Below are positions 26,986 through 37,167 of a stretch of DNA of 64,000 bases, in pieces. The DNA comes from Candidatus Latescibacterota bacterium (GTDB lineage Bacteria > Latescibacterota > UBA2968 > UBA8231). Every line of letters begins with the position of its first letter. Position 1 is the stretch's first letter. A program made the translations under genes and the position numbers. Location: assembly GCA_965223905.1 (NCBI GenBank), contig CBDCXV010000010.1, positions 1,120,001 to 1,184,000 on the forward strand. The letters run 5' to 3'. The notes beneath the pieces are model-generated. The model made no database searches and had not been told where the DNA came from. It saw only the letters and a program-made list of their open reading frames with translations.

Positions 26986-29900
26986 ATGAGCGTCAGATCT
27001 CGACTCACCGAGAAGAGGGCCCGGTTCGGGTTCCTGGGCTTCTTCGCGTGCACCCTGTGTGTCCGGATGTCGGCAGCCGAGGTCGGGTTGCGCGGCCAGC
27101 CCATGGTCGGACCAGTGGCGCAGCTGTTTCACCAGCCGCTCGAATACGGCGACATCACGCGCCCGGGCCAGCCGCTGCTGCGCTGGCGCTGGAAGAAGCC
27201 GATGCTGGAATCGGCGATGCCCTTTGACATGAAGGAGGTCACCGTCGACTCCAACGGCGTTCACTACACCCCGGTGGCGGCCGGCTTTCCAAGCAGCCCC
27301 ACCGTGACCCTGAAGGTCGATGACTACCTCGACCTGGGGTACGACCACACTCTGAGAACCCGGTGGCGGGATACCGTGCGCCGCAACCAGAAGGTGACGG
27401 CGGCCCGTCAGGCAGGGCGGCGAGGGCGCTTCGAGTGGAGGGTCCCCTTTCCCGCCCCGGCCCCGGTGCGGCGCTTCATCGGCGACGAGGGCAGCCTGAG
27501 GATCAACGGCAGCCATACCGCTACCCTGGCCGGAAAGAGCCAGTGGACCGCGGGCGAGGTGAGAACCAGGGCCGGAGGGCCGTCGAAGTTTCCGTCCCTT
27601 TCGATGGAGCAGGAATCGAAATTCTCCGTCGAAGGCAGCGTCGGCGAGGCGATCAACGTGCGCATCGATCAGGACTCGCAGCAGCTCGGCCAGGGGTTTG
27701 CCAGCGGCTTCAAGGACAAGCTGGCCAACGAGATCAAGCTCGACTACAAGGGGGACGAGGACGACATCTTCCAGGAGGTCGTCGCCGGCAACACCACCCT
27801 GGCCCTGCCGCAGACCCGCTTCGTGACCTTCAACCAGCAGCACAAGGGGCTGTTCGGAATCCGCGCCAAGGGGCGCCTGGGGCCGATGGCGTTCACGACC
27901 ATCGCGAGCCATGAAAAAAGCGAGAGCAACAGGCGCACTTTCCGCGGCGGGGCTCAGGTCGACACCTTCACGGTGAGGGACCACGACTACATCCGCAACA
28001 CCTACTTCTTCCTGGGAATGCGCTATCGCGACCGGCTCGGGGACTTTCGCGAGGTGGCCTCGACCCAGCCGCGCGGCCTCGTGCAGGCCGACATCATCGA
28101 CGAGGGCAGCCTCGAGGTCTACATAAACGACTTCAACACCAACAACGACGCCGAGCTCCTGGCCAAACAGGCGGTGGCGACAGTCGACGCCCAGGACGCG
28201 CAACTGGCCGCGGCGGGAGGTTCGCCCATCGAGTGCTTCGACGCCAGCGGTCCGGTGGACCGCACCGGGTGCCGCGAAGAGGGAACCTGGCACAGGCTCG
28301 ATCCCGACAACGACTACTCCCTGGTACGCGAGTTCGGCTTCATCATTCTCAACCGCTCCGTCCAGGATCGCCACGCCCTCGCCGTGAAGTACCGCACCGT
28401 CGGCGGCGAGGAGTCCGGCGCCGGCGGGGATCAGCTGCAGCTCAGGCTTATCAAGGCGCGCAACGCCCGCCCCGACTTTCCGACCTGGGACCTCGAGTGG
28501 AAGAACGTCTACCGCATCGTTCGCGGCTTCTCCCGGGGCCGCCAGTTCGAAAGGGACAAGATCCGCGTCGAGATCCTCGAAGAGGTGCCGGGGCGCGAGC
28601 CTTCCCCTTCCCAGGGCAGGAAGTCGCTGCTGCAGATCATGGGCCTCGACACGCACGGTCAGGACGCGGGAACCCCTCCCGATCAGCTGATCGACGCCGA
28701 CTACATCGGTCTCGACGAGAGCCGGGGGGTGCTGATCTTTCCGGACCTGACCCCGTTCGCCCCCAGCGACCAGCGCTTCTCCGCGCTCAAGAATCAGGTT
28801 CCCAAGATCTACAACTCGCACCAGCGCCGAGACCAGGAGGAGGTGAGCCGCTTCCTGGTCCAGGTCGTCAACAGCTCCGGCGAGCAGCGCATCAACCTGA
28901 CCCAGGGACGCCTGGCCGGCATCGACCCGGAGTCGGTGCAGGTGCGCCTCAACGGGAAAAGGCTGCAGCGCGACGTCGATTTCACCGTGTCGTCGTTCAC
29001 CGGCGACGTCACCTTCCTCGGCGAGGTGCAGAACAGCGTCGCCGACCCCGGGGCCGAGCTGGAGATCAGCTACGAGTCGCAGGACCTGCTCGGCCTCGGC
29101 AGCCAGCAGAAAACCCTGCTCGGCACGCGCGGGGAGTACGAGTTCCTGGGCGGGGACGCGACCGTGGGGGGCACGATCCTCTACAACAACGTGCGCAGCG
29201 CCGAACCCCGCGTCCGCGTCGGCACCGAGCCGGCGCGCACCGTGGTCTGGGACCTCGACCTCAAGGCGAAGTTCGACGCCCCGCTGCTGACCCGGGCGGT
29301 CGACGCCCTGCCGCTGCTGAAGACCGCGGCGAAGTCCGATCTCTCCTTCCACGCCGAGGTCGCCCAGAGCCGCCCCAACCTCAACACCAAGGGGCGCGGC
29401 TACATCGACGACTTCGAGGGCAGCGAAAGGCCGGAGGAATTCCGTGTATTCCGCAGAAACTGGACGCCGGCGAGCCGGCCGCTGGGCCTCGATGGCGAGG
29501 ACCGCGGCAGGATGATCTGGTACAACCCCTACAACAGGATCGCTCTCACCGAGATCTGGCCGCGGCAGGAGGATCAGATCGAAGCCAGCGAGAACAAGGC
29601 CGAGGTGCTGGTGATGGAGCTGACCCCCCTCGACGGGGTTCCGGAGTCCTGGGAAGGCCTTATGACCTGGACGACGGGAGTGCGCGATTTCTCCCAGAGC
29701 AAGTTTCTCGAGGTCTGGCTGCGCGGCACCGAGGGGGTGCTGCACATCGACCTGGGTTCGATCGACGAGGACTGGATCGAGAACGGCGTTATCGACACCG
29801 AGGACATCCCGTACGCGGGAAGCAGAACCGGGGACAACGTGGTCTCGAAGGAGGAGGACGTCGGCATCGACGGCCGCGACGACGCCGGGGAGCTCGCTTT

Positions 29901-32900
29901 CTACCTCGCCGCGGCCGGAGTCGGTACGGAGGGGCTCCCGGTGGAAGAGATGCGGGAACGGTTCCGGGCCCTGCCCCAGTACGATGACCGCGACCCGGGC
30001 GATCCGGAAGGGGACAACTGGCACTACGACTCGAGCCGCAGCCGCGAGGACTACAGCCGCATCAACGGTACCGAAGGCAACCGCAACAGCGAGACCGGGA
30101 AACGTCCCGACACCGAAGACCTCAACAACGACGGCATTCTCAACCGCAGCAACGACTACTACCATCACGTCATCGACTTGTCGGACGGCGGCCATGTCCC
30201 GGGTTCCGAAAGCCCGGCGGGCTGGCGTCTCTACAGGAGGCCGCTGTTCGACGAGAGGGTCGGACGCGCCGGTTCCCCCGACTCGAGCCGCATCGAGTAC
30301 GGGCGCCTGACCCTTGCAGGCGGCTCGCCGGCACCCGGGGAAACCACCCTCAAGGTGGAAATCGCCAAGATCGAGATCATCGGCAACGACTGGCAGGAAC
30401 AGGAGATTGCGGTGCTGCCCGGTGGCATGCCGCTCGAACCGGACAGCGAAGAGAGCTTCAACGTCACCGTGATCGGCACCGACGAAAGCCTGACCTACAA
30501 GCCTCCGCCGGGGGTCAAGGTCCGGCGCCAGCCCAACTCGAGGGCGCGGGAGAAGGAGCGTTCCCTGGTGCTGGAGTACGGCGACTTCGAAGCGGGGCAC
30601 CAGGCGGTGGCAACCAAGGTGTTGGCTGGCAAGTCGGACTACACGAAGTACACGCGGCTGAAAATGTTCGCCCACGGCGACTCGTCCGGGACCTATCTCG
30701 TCGACGTCGACTCCAGCGAGATCGAGCTTTTCGTGCGCTTCGGGCGGGACGGTTCCAACTACTACGAGTTCGCCACGCCGATCTTCCCGGGCTGGGACGA
30801 GCGCAACGAGGTCGACGTCGACCTGCTGCAGATGGCGCAGCTGAAGGCGCTGCTCGAGGAGGGCCGCACCGACGAGCTGGGAAATCCGGTTGCCGAAATC
30901 GACACGGTGATCGTCGATCCCGACCTCCGCGACGGCACCCCGGCGACCTACCGCGTGCGCGGCAGTCCGTCGATGCAGCAGATCAGGCAACTGGCCATCG
31001 GGGTGCGCAACCGCAGCGCCCTGCGTAGCTACTCGGGGCGCCTGTTCACCGACGAGCTGCGCCTGGACGAGGCGCGCAACGACCCCGGACTGGCGGCCTA
31101 TGCACGCGTCAACAGCTCGCTGGCCGATTTAGTCAACGTCGACGCCTCGGTCGACTGGCAGGGGGAGGACTTCCGCACCATCACCAACACCGGCCGCAAG
31201 CAATCCGACTTCCGGACGGCGCTCAACACCACGACCAACCTGCACAAGTTCCTGCCGGGGAGCTGGGGTTTCTCCATCCCGGTCAAGGCGACCTACTCGC
31301 GCAACCAGAGCCTGCCCCGCTTCGGTCCCAACTCCGACGTCGAGCTGAACCCGCAGGAGAAGCAGGAGCAGAAGTCGCGCCGGGCCAAGGAGCTCTACGA
31401 GATCTCGATCAGCAAACGCTCGAGCAAGAACTGGCTCACCCGCTGGTCGGTAGACCAGATCAACTTCCGCATGTCGCGGACCCGCGAGCGCGGTTTCTCC
31501 CCGATTCGCCCGCTCGAAAACAGGGACAACCAGAACCTCAGCTTCAGCTACAAGATGCCCCTGCCCAAACCGTCGTTGCGGATTCTCGCCTGGCTCCCGG
31601 GCTTGGCGCCGGACTCGTGGTCGAAGACCGAACTGCGCTTCATGCCGACCACCGCCAACTACTCGATGTCCGTCAATCAAAGGGAGTCGGCTACCCTGCA
31701 GCGCTCGAACGTCGATACGACCTTCCAGGAAGACTTCGCGATGAGGGAAACCTACACCGCCAAGGCCAATCCGCTGAAAGCCCTGTCGGCGAATTACAGC
31801 CTCCAGATAAACCGCGACCTGCGCAAGAAGTACGACCTCAGGAAGCTGAGCTTCGGCCGCGAGGTCAGGCGAAACCAGAAGGCGGACGTCAAGCTGACGC
31901 TCAGGTTCCTGAAATGGCTCGACCAGAGCTATACCTTCCAGGCCAACTACGAGGAGATCAACGATCCGAGGAGAAGGCAGGCGCAGGCGGTCATCGACTC
32001 GGTCACCGGACTCCCGGTCAAGACGATCGACATTACGACCAAGAACAATATTTCCGGCCGCGCGAATTTCCGCCTCGGGCAGCTGATGAAGGCGGTCGGC
32101 AAGCCGGGGGTGAAGCAGAGGAGGAGTTCCAGGAAGGACAGGGAGGGGGACGCGAAAAAGAGCAGCGGGGAGAAGAGCAGCGCCCCCCGGGGGGACGAGG
32201 GGGGGCCGCCGCAGCCGTTCTTTCTGCGCCGATTCCTGCATTTCGCCGGCGGCCGCGTCGACCCGTTGAGCGCCAACTGGCGCCGCAGCGGGGAGGCGCG
32301 AAACTACAACCTCGTCGGACGCCCGGCATTCTCGTACCAGCTAGGGCTCGCCGACAGCCTCGAGATCCGGCGCGCCGCCGCGGGGTTGACCAGGCAGGAT
32401 CAGCACAGCCGCAACGAGAACCTCGAGCTGTCGACCGGGGTCAAGCTGCCGGTGGGGTTCAGCGTCAAGACCAACTACAAGGACCAGACCTCGCGCCGAA
32501 GCGGCAGCACCCGCAACCGGTTGCGGGTGCGTCGCGAGGAGACCTTTCCAAGCGTCACCATCAGCTGGGGCCGGGCCGACCGCATTCCCTACATCAGGAG
32601 GTTCCTCAACAGCGCCCGGGTGAGCGCCTCGATCGACGGCGGGGTTACCGACGAGGGGAACAACTCCCTGCTTCCGCACAACCTGCTGAGCGAGGAAACG
32701 TCTGACGAGATGCGCCTGTCCTGGACCGGACAATGGCGCTGGGGTCCGAGCACCCGCATCGGAGTGACGCGTTCCCGGTCGGACGAAACCAACTACGAGC
32801 TCGCCGCCGCGGACGCCGGGGTGGACGGGAGACCCCCCGTGCGCGGCAGCGGGACGAGCGAGCGGAGCTCGACCAGCCTCGAGGTGAAGTACCGGCTGAA

Positions 32901-33183
32901 GCCTCGGGAGCTGCCGCTTTTCGGCAAACTGAAGAGCGAAGTCGACCTCGCCTTCGAGGTCGAGCGCGGGTCGAAGAAAAGATCGAGCGCCACCGGCCTG
33001 GAAGAACCTGTGCCTCTCGAATCGAAGAATGAATGGAAAGCGGAACTGAAGGGGACGTACCGCTTCAGCGACACCTTCCGGGGCAACGGCGTAGTGCGCA
33101 TGGACTACAGCCACGACGACCGGAGAGACCAGTTGCGCAAGGTGCACGAGGTGAGGGTTTCCGGCATGCTGACTTTCCGCTGA
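26986..33183 (+). CDS. sprA: SprA/Sov-family giant outer-membrane beta-barrel (T9SS translocon homologue)
   Basis: 2065 aa. IKLDYKGDEDDIFQEVVAGN..L.L....F......GLFGI.A...LG; WDLEWKNVY; KTLLGTR; EVAQSRPN.N..G.GYIDDFEGS; LHIDLG.I.ED; DVGIDG; PDTEDLN; NYYEF; ELRL. Confidence 0.85.
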   Translation: MSVRSRLTEKRARFGFLGFFACTLCVRMSAAEVGLRGQPMVGPVAQLFHQPLEYGDITRPGQPLLRWRWKKPMLESAMPFDMKEVTVDSNGVHYTPVAAGFPSSPTVTLKVDDYLDLGYDHTLRTRWRDTVRRNQKVTAARQAGRRGRFEWRVPFPAPAPVRRFIGDEGSLRINGSHTATLAGKSQWTAGEVRTRAGGPSKFPSLSMEQESKFSVEGSVGEAINVRIDQDSQQLGQGFASGFKDKLANEIKLDYKGDEDDIFQEVVAGNTTLALPQTRFVTFNQQHKGLFGIRAKGRLGPMAFTTIASHEKSESNRRTFRGGAQVDTFTVRDHDYIRNTYFFLGMRYRDRLGDFREVASTQPRGLVQADIIDEGSLEVYINDFNTNNDAELLAKQAVATVDAQDAQLAAAGGSPIECFDASGPVDRTGCREEGTWHRLDPDNDYSLVREFGFIILNRSVQDRHALAVKYRTVGGEESGAGGDQLQLRLIKARNARPDFPTWDLEWKNVYRIVRGFSRGRQFERDKIRVEILEEVPGREPSPSQGRKSLLQIMGLDTHGQDAGTPPDQLIDADYIGLDESRGVLIFPDLTPFAPSDQRFSALKNQVPKIYNSHQRRDQEEVSRFLVQVVNSSGEQRINLTQGRLAGIDPESVQVRLNGKRLQRDVDFTVSSFTGDVTFLGEVQNSVADPGAELEISYESQDLLGLGSQQKTLLGTRGEYEFLGGDATVGGTILYNNVRSAEPRVRVGTEPARTVVWDLDLKAKFDAPLLTRAVDALPLLKTAAKSDLSFHAEVAQSRPNLNTKGRGYIDDFEGSERPEEFRVFRRNWTPASRPLGLDGEDRGRMIWYNPYNRIALTEIWPRQEDQIEASENKAEVLVMELTPLDGVPESWEGLMTWTTGVRDFSQSKFLEVWLRGTEGVLHIDLGSIDEDWIENGVIDTEDIPYAGSRTGDNVVSKEEDVGIDGRDDAGELAFYLAAAGVGTEGLPVEEMRERFRALPQYDDRDPGDPEGDNWHYDSSRSREDYSRINGTEGNRNSETGKRPDTEDLNNDGILNRSNDYYHHVIDLSDGGHVPGSESPAGWRLYRRPLFDERVGRAGSPDSSRIEYGRLTLAGGSPAPGETTLKVEIAKIEIIGNDWQEQEIAVLPGGMPLEPDSEESFNVTVIGTDESLTYKPPPGVKVRRQPNSRAREKERSLVLEYGDFEAGHQAVATKVLAGKSDYTKYTRLKMFAHGDSSGTYLVDVDSSEIELFVRFGRDGSNYYEFATPIFPGWDERNEVDVDLLQMAQLKALLEEGRTDELGNPVAEIDTVIVDPDLRDGTPATYRVRGSPSMQQIRQLAIGVRNRSALRSYSGRLFTDELRLDEARNDPGLAAYARVNSSLADLVNVDASVDWQGEDFRTITNTGRKQSDFRTALNTTTNLHKFLPGSWGFSIPVKATYSRNQSLPRFGPNSDVELNPQEKQEQKSRRAKELYEISISKRSSKNWLTRWSVDQINFRMSRTRERGFSPIRPLENRDNQNLSFSYKMPLPKPSLRILAWLPGLAPDSWSKTELRFMPTTANYSMSVNQRESATLQRSNVDTTFQEDFAMRETYTAKANPLKALSANYSLQINRDLRKKYDLRKLSFGREVRRNQKADVKLTLRFLKWLDQSYTFQANYEEINDPRRRQAQAVIDSVTGLPVKTIDITTKNNISGRANFRLGQLMKAVGKPGVKQRRSSRKDREGDAKKSSGEKSSAPRGDEGGPPQPFFLRRFLHFAGGRVDPLSANWRRSGEARNYNLVGRPAFSYQLGLADSLEIRRAAAGLTRQDQHSRNENLELSTGVKLPVGFSVKTNYKDQTSRRSGSTRNRLRVRREETFPSVTISWGRADRIPYIRRFLNSARVSASIDGGVTDEGNNSLLPHNLLSEETSDEMRLSWTGQWRWGPSTRIGVTRSRSDETNYELAAADAGVDGRPPVRGSGTSERSSTSLEVKYRLKPRELPLFGKLKSEVDLAFEVERGSKKRSSATGLEEPVPLESKNEWKAELKGTYRFSDTFRGNGVVRMDYSHDDRRDQLRKVHEVRVSGMLTFR

Positions 33184-33245
33184 CGGCGATGATCATCCCG
33201 GGTGTGCGCAAAGGTTTGACCCTGCTTCTTCAGCCGGTATCTTCG

Positions 33246-33632
33246 ATGTTCAACCGGCAGGAGCAGGCCGCGCTGCTGCTGCTTTCGGCAGCGCTCCTGG
33301 TGGGCACCGGCGTAGCCGTCGTCGAGCGCTGGGATCCCGAGGCGATGGAGGAGTTTCACGTAATCGCAGGGGCGGTAGAGGTGCCGGCCGGGGCGCCCGC
33401 CGCCGATCGCGACCCGCCTCCGCCCCCCGAACAGGCCGCGCCGGTAGCCGTCAACACGGCGACCGCGGCGCAGCTGCAGAGGCTCCCCTCGATAGGGCCG
33501 AAGACCGCGGCGCGCATCATCAGCTTCCGGGAGGAGAACGGGCCCTTTGCCAGGCTGGAAGATCTTCTGGAGGTCAAGGGCATCGGCCCCGCAACACTCG
33601 AAAAGATCCGTCCGCAAGTCACCCTGAACTGA
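33246..33632 (+). CDS. comEA: ComEA-like helix-hairpin-helix DNA-binding protein
   Basis: N-terminal TM, then VNTATAAQLQRLPSIGPKTAARII.FRE.NGPF...EDLLEVKGIG..TLEKI. Start could be 33189. Confidence 0.85.
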   Translation: MFNRQEQAALLLLSAALLVGTGVAVVERWDPEAMEEFHVIAGAVEVPAGAPAADRDPPPPPEQAAPVAVNTATAAQLQRLPSIGPKTAARIISFREENGPFARLEDLLEVKGIGPATLEKIRPQVTLN

Positions 33633-33636
33633 AGAC

Positions 33637-34608
33637 ATGCTGCGGCCACGGAGAAAGCGAGCCACCGGCATCCACTTCGATGATCGGGGGTTGTACGCGG
33701 TCGAATTGACCCGGACGCGCGGGAGGACGGCGCTGGCCGGAAGCGTACACGTCGACCTGGAGGCCTTCGCAGGCGTCGAAGGTCCCACCGATTCTTCGCT
33801 GCGCGCCGGGCTCACCGCGGCCCTCAGGAAGGCGCGCAACCACCGCGGTATGCGCTTCGAGAATCCGTACGCGACCCTGCGTTACGGGGCCGTGCACCTC
33901 AAGCAGAGACCGCTCTTCTACCGCAAGGGTTCAAAGAACCGGGGCCAGCTCGAATGGGAGGCACGGCAGTTCCTGTCCGACGACCTCCGCTCCTACACCC
34001 TCGATTGCTTCACGACGACGAGAGCCGCCTTCGTCGTGGCCGCGCGCCGCGAGGGAATCGAGGAGGTGGCGGGGATCTGCCGCGGCGCCGGCATTTCCCG
34101 GCCAAGGGTGGATGTCGCCGCACTGGCATTGTGCAACGCCGCCGAGTCGTGCGGGGCATCCTCGCCGGTCGGGATCGACCTGGTTCTGGATTTCGCCGGG
34201 GACCGGGTCACCATGATTCTGATCGCTCGCGGGGAACTGCTTGCGGTCGAGGGCTGCAACTGGGATGGGCGCTACGCTCCGTACGCGCAAGGGGCGCTCG
34301 ACATCCAGGGGGAGAGTGGGCCCGCGGCAACCGCGGCCGCGAACCCGACCCGTGGAGAGCTGTTGTCGGAATCGCTGCGCAGGATGATGGATCTCGAGCT
34401 GGGAGGCGAGGAGCCGGACCGGGTCTGGCTCTCGGGCAGGGAGGCTCTCGATGGGTGGCCGCAGGAGGTCGAGACCAGGCTGTCCCTGGGCAGCAAGGCG
34501 CTCGACCCGTTTGCCAACGTCGACACCACGGGGGCGGACGAGGTGAACGAACCGTTCGCCTTTGCAACCGCGGCCGGCCTCGCCTTTCGAGGCCTGTCCG
34601 AAGCCTAG
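33637..34608 (+). CDS. pilM: Type IV pilus assembly PilM-like (actin-fold) protein
   Basis: GIHFDD...AVEL; QLEWEARQFL; VVAARRE; VDVAALALCNA; LDFAG; VWLSG; LDPF; FATAAGLAFRG. Confidence 0.75.
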   Translation: MLRPRRKRATGIHFDDRGLYAVELTRTRGRTALAGSVHVDLEAFAGVEGPTDSSLRAGLTAALRKARNHRGMRFENPYATLRYGAVHLKQRPLFYRKGSKNRGQLEWEARQFLSDDLRSYTLDCFTTTRAAFVVAARREGIEEVAGICRGAGISRPRVDVAALALCNAAESCGASSPVGIDLVLDFAGDRVTMILIARGELLAVEGCNWDGRYAPYAQGALDIQGESGPAATAAANPTRGELLSESLRRMMDLELGGEEPDRVWLSGREALDGWPQEVETRLSLGSKALDPFANVDTTGADEVNEPFAFATAAGLAFRGLSEA

Positions 34609-34831
34609 TGCCCATCGATTTCTCGCCATTACCCCGATCCACTTTGAGGGAAAAATCGCGGTTCAATCGAAACCTCATCTGGGCGATTTTTCCCTCAATC
34701 CCGGCTTGCGGCGTTGCCCCGTCTTGCCGTAAACCTTCGGTAAGACGGGGCAAGGCGCCCTGGGAGCCGGGTGCCTCGGCGATTCGGGTTTTTTCAATCT
34801 GTTACCGGGACAGGACACTAGTTTCTCCTTC

Positions 34832-35674
34832 ATGATACGCGTAGAGCTGCTCCCATCCCAGCGCCTGCGCTGGTTGCTGATCGCCGCTCTGGCCGGGGCG
34901 GCCGTGGGCGTGGGCGTGGTCGCTTTTCTGCCGGCGGGAGAGGGGCCCTTGCCCCTCTCCCGGGATTTGCGCGCCACTTTGTCGGAAAAGCTGCACCCGG
35001 TCCGGCACGAGCCGGCGCCGGAAGAGGCGCCTGTTTCCGTCGCCCCAGAAAGGCCGCGGGGGACCAGCGCCTGCCTGCGTATCCTGCGCCTGGGGAATCA
35101 GCTGTCGCCGCGGTTGCGCCTGACCTCGCTGGCGGCCGACGCCGGCGGCGGATACAACCTGGAAGGGTCGTGCCGGGCAGATCAGGTGGAGAGCTTGCAG
35201 AGCATTCTCGATAGCCTGAAGGGGCTGCCGGCGGAGGCGAGCCTGTCGTACTGGCGCGACCGGAATGCGGGGGAAAACCAGTACCGTTTCGCATTCCGGG
35301 GCAGGCTGAGCGGGTTCGGCGGCATTCCGCTGCCCCCGGTGTCCGCGGCCGAAGGGGCATTGCTGTTCGAGCAGGTGGTGGAGCGGGCGCGGGCTGCCGG
35401 ACTGCGCGGCGTCAATGCCGACGCGGTGGCGGAGCAGCGGCTCGGCGATTCCCTTCTGCGGAAGAGGGGGAAGTTCTGGGCTTCCGGCTCCCGTCCTCAA
35501 ATCACCGCTTTCGCGCGCGGGATCGGATTGCCGACGCAGCGGCACGCCCTGGTCGAGTTGCTCGTCGTTCCGGGCTACCCCGGGGCGGACGCGGAGTGGG
35601 AGAGCGCCCAGATGTTCGCGACCGTCGACGTGGTGGTGATGGCCGCCGGACACAGAAACGGAGGTTTGCGATGA
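34832..35674 (+). CDS. PilN-like protein, probably a PilN-PilO fusion
   Basis: MIRVELLP resembles the PilN INLLP PilM-binding motif. One TM, then two alpha/beta units; follows pilM. Confidence 0.5.
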   Translation: MIRVELLPSQRLRWLLIAALAGAAVGVGVVAFLPAGEGPLPLSRDLRATLSEKLHPVRHEPAPEEAPVSVAPERPRGTSACLRILRLGNQLSPRLRLTSLAADAGGGYNLEGSCRADQVESLQSILDSLKGLPAEASLSYWRDRNAGENQYRFAFRGRLSGFGGIPLPPVSAAEGALLFEQVVERARAAGLRGVNADAVAEQRLGDSLLRKRGKFWASGSRPQITAFARGIGLPTQRHALVELLVVPGYPGADAEWESAQMFATVDVVVMAAGHRNGGLR

Positions 35675-36150
35675 AGACCGCCCTCTATCCTGGAAGCTTC
35701 GACCCGATCACCCTGGGTCACATCAACATCATTGAGCGCGCCCTGGACATCTTCGATCGGCTGACCGTTCTCATCGCCGTCAACCCTTCTAAAAAATCGC
35801 TGTTCCCGCTGGAGGAGAAGATCGAGATGATCCGCGAGGCGACGGAACAGTGGCCGCAGGTGAAGGTCGACCATACCTCCGGTCTGCTGGTGGAGTACGC
35901 CCGCGCCAACGGGATCACTCACGCGGTGCGCGGATTGCGCGCCCTCACCGACTTCGATGTCGAATTCTCCATGGCCCTTACCAACCGCGAGCTGTGGGCT
36001 GAATTCGACACCGTCTTCCTGATGACGAGCCAGGAGTACATGTACCTCCATTCCTCCGTCGTGCGCCAGGTGGCGGAAATGGGGGGCGAAGTCACCCGCT
36101 TCGTGCCACCCGGGGTCGCCGCCAGGCTGAAGAGCCGCTTCGGCCGCTGA
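35671..36150 (+). CDS. coaD: Phosphopantetheine adenylyltransferase
   Basis: MKTALYPGSFDPITLGH; RGLRALTDF; SSVVRQVA. Confidence 0.95.
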   Translation: MKTALYPGSFDPITLGHINIIERALDIFDRLTVLIAVNPSKKSLFPLEEKIEMIREATEQWPQVKVDHTSGLLVEYARANGITHAVRGLRALTDFDVEFSMALTNRELWAEFDTVFLMTSQEYMYLHSSVVRQVAEMGGEVTRFVPPGVAARLKSRFGR

Positions 36151-36171
36151 CCGCGGCCTGCAGGGGCAGCC

Positions 36172-37167
36172 GTGTTCATCGACGAGGTCTCACTCACCCT
36201 TCGCTCCGGCGACGGGGGCAATGGCTGCAGCAGCTTCCGGCGCGAGAAGTACCGGCCGCTAGGAGGCCCCGACGGCGGCGACGGCGGCGACGGGGGCAGC
36301 GTGATCTTCCGCGTCGACGACCGCCTCGATACCCTGCTCGACTACCGCTACCGGCCGCTGATCTCCGCGGGGCTTGGGACCCATGGCCGCGGCGGGAACA
36401 TGACCGGAGCCCGAGGCGAGGACGCGGTCATCAGGGTGCCCCCCGGGACGGTGGTCCGCACCGAGGCTGGGGAGATCATCGTCGACCTCCTCGTCGCCGG
36501 CCAGGAGTTCCGCTTCCTCGAGGGAGGCCGCGGGGGACGCGGAAACGCGCGCTTCGCGACCTCCCGCAACCAGGCGCCCACGCGTGCCGATGAGGGCCGG
36601 CCCGGGGAGAAGGCCGCGGTCCTCCTCGAGCTCAAGCTGCTGGCGGACGTCGGACTCGTCGGCCTGCCCAACGCCGGCAAGTCGACGCTGCTGTCCCGCC
36701 TGTCCGCAGCGCGTCCGAAGATCGCCGGCTACCCCTTCACCACCCTCGAACCGCACCTCGGAATCGTGCGCTGGAGCGAGTACGAGACCTTCCTGATGGC
36801 CGACCTGCCCGGGTTGATCGAAGGCGCCCACCAGGGCAGGGGACTGGGGACGCGTTTTCTGCGCCACGTCGAGCGCACTCGCATCCTGCTGTTCACCCTC
36901 GACGCCGCCAGCCCTCATCCGGAGGGGGATCTCGAGCTGTTGCGCCACGAGTTGCGCCGGAGCAATCCCTCGCTGCTCGCCAAACCGCACGCCGTCGCCT
37001 TGACGAAAGCGGATCTGTTCGAGGTTCCGGACCAGGCGCTTCCCGCGTCGTGGAGCGACCCGGCACCCCGCTTCGCAATCTCGGCGGTCAGCGGGCACGG
37101 ACTCGGCGACCTCGTCTCCTTCCTCGGGAACCGGGTCAGGGAGACGCGCGAGGAGGAACGGCGATGA
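36172..37167 (+). CDS. obgE: GTPase Obg/CgtA
   Basis: FIDEV...GDGGNGC.SFRREKY...GGPDGGDGG; VGLPNAGKSTL; YPFTTL; DLPG; TKAD. Confidence 0.95.
   Translation: MFIDEVSLTLRSGDGGNGCSSFRREKYRPLGGPDGGDGGDGGSVIFRVDDRLDTLLDYRYRPLISAGLGTHGRGGNMTGARGEDAVIRVPPGTVVRTEAGEIIVDLLVAGQEFRFLEGGRGGRGNARFATSRNQAPTRADEGRPGEKAAVLLELKLLADVGLVGLPNAGKSTLLSRLSAARPKIAGYPFTTLEPHLGIVRWSEYETFLMADLPGLIEGAHQGRGLGTRFLRHVERTRILLFTLDAASPHPEGDLELLRHELRRSNPSLLAKPHAVALTKADLFEVPDQALPASWSDPAPRFAISAVSGHGLGDLVSFLGNRVRETREEERR

Noticed and set aside
26734-30990. 1418-aa minus-strand ORF
   Set aside because: Antisense shadow of sprA caused by high-GC codon bias; no recognisable motifs.
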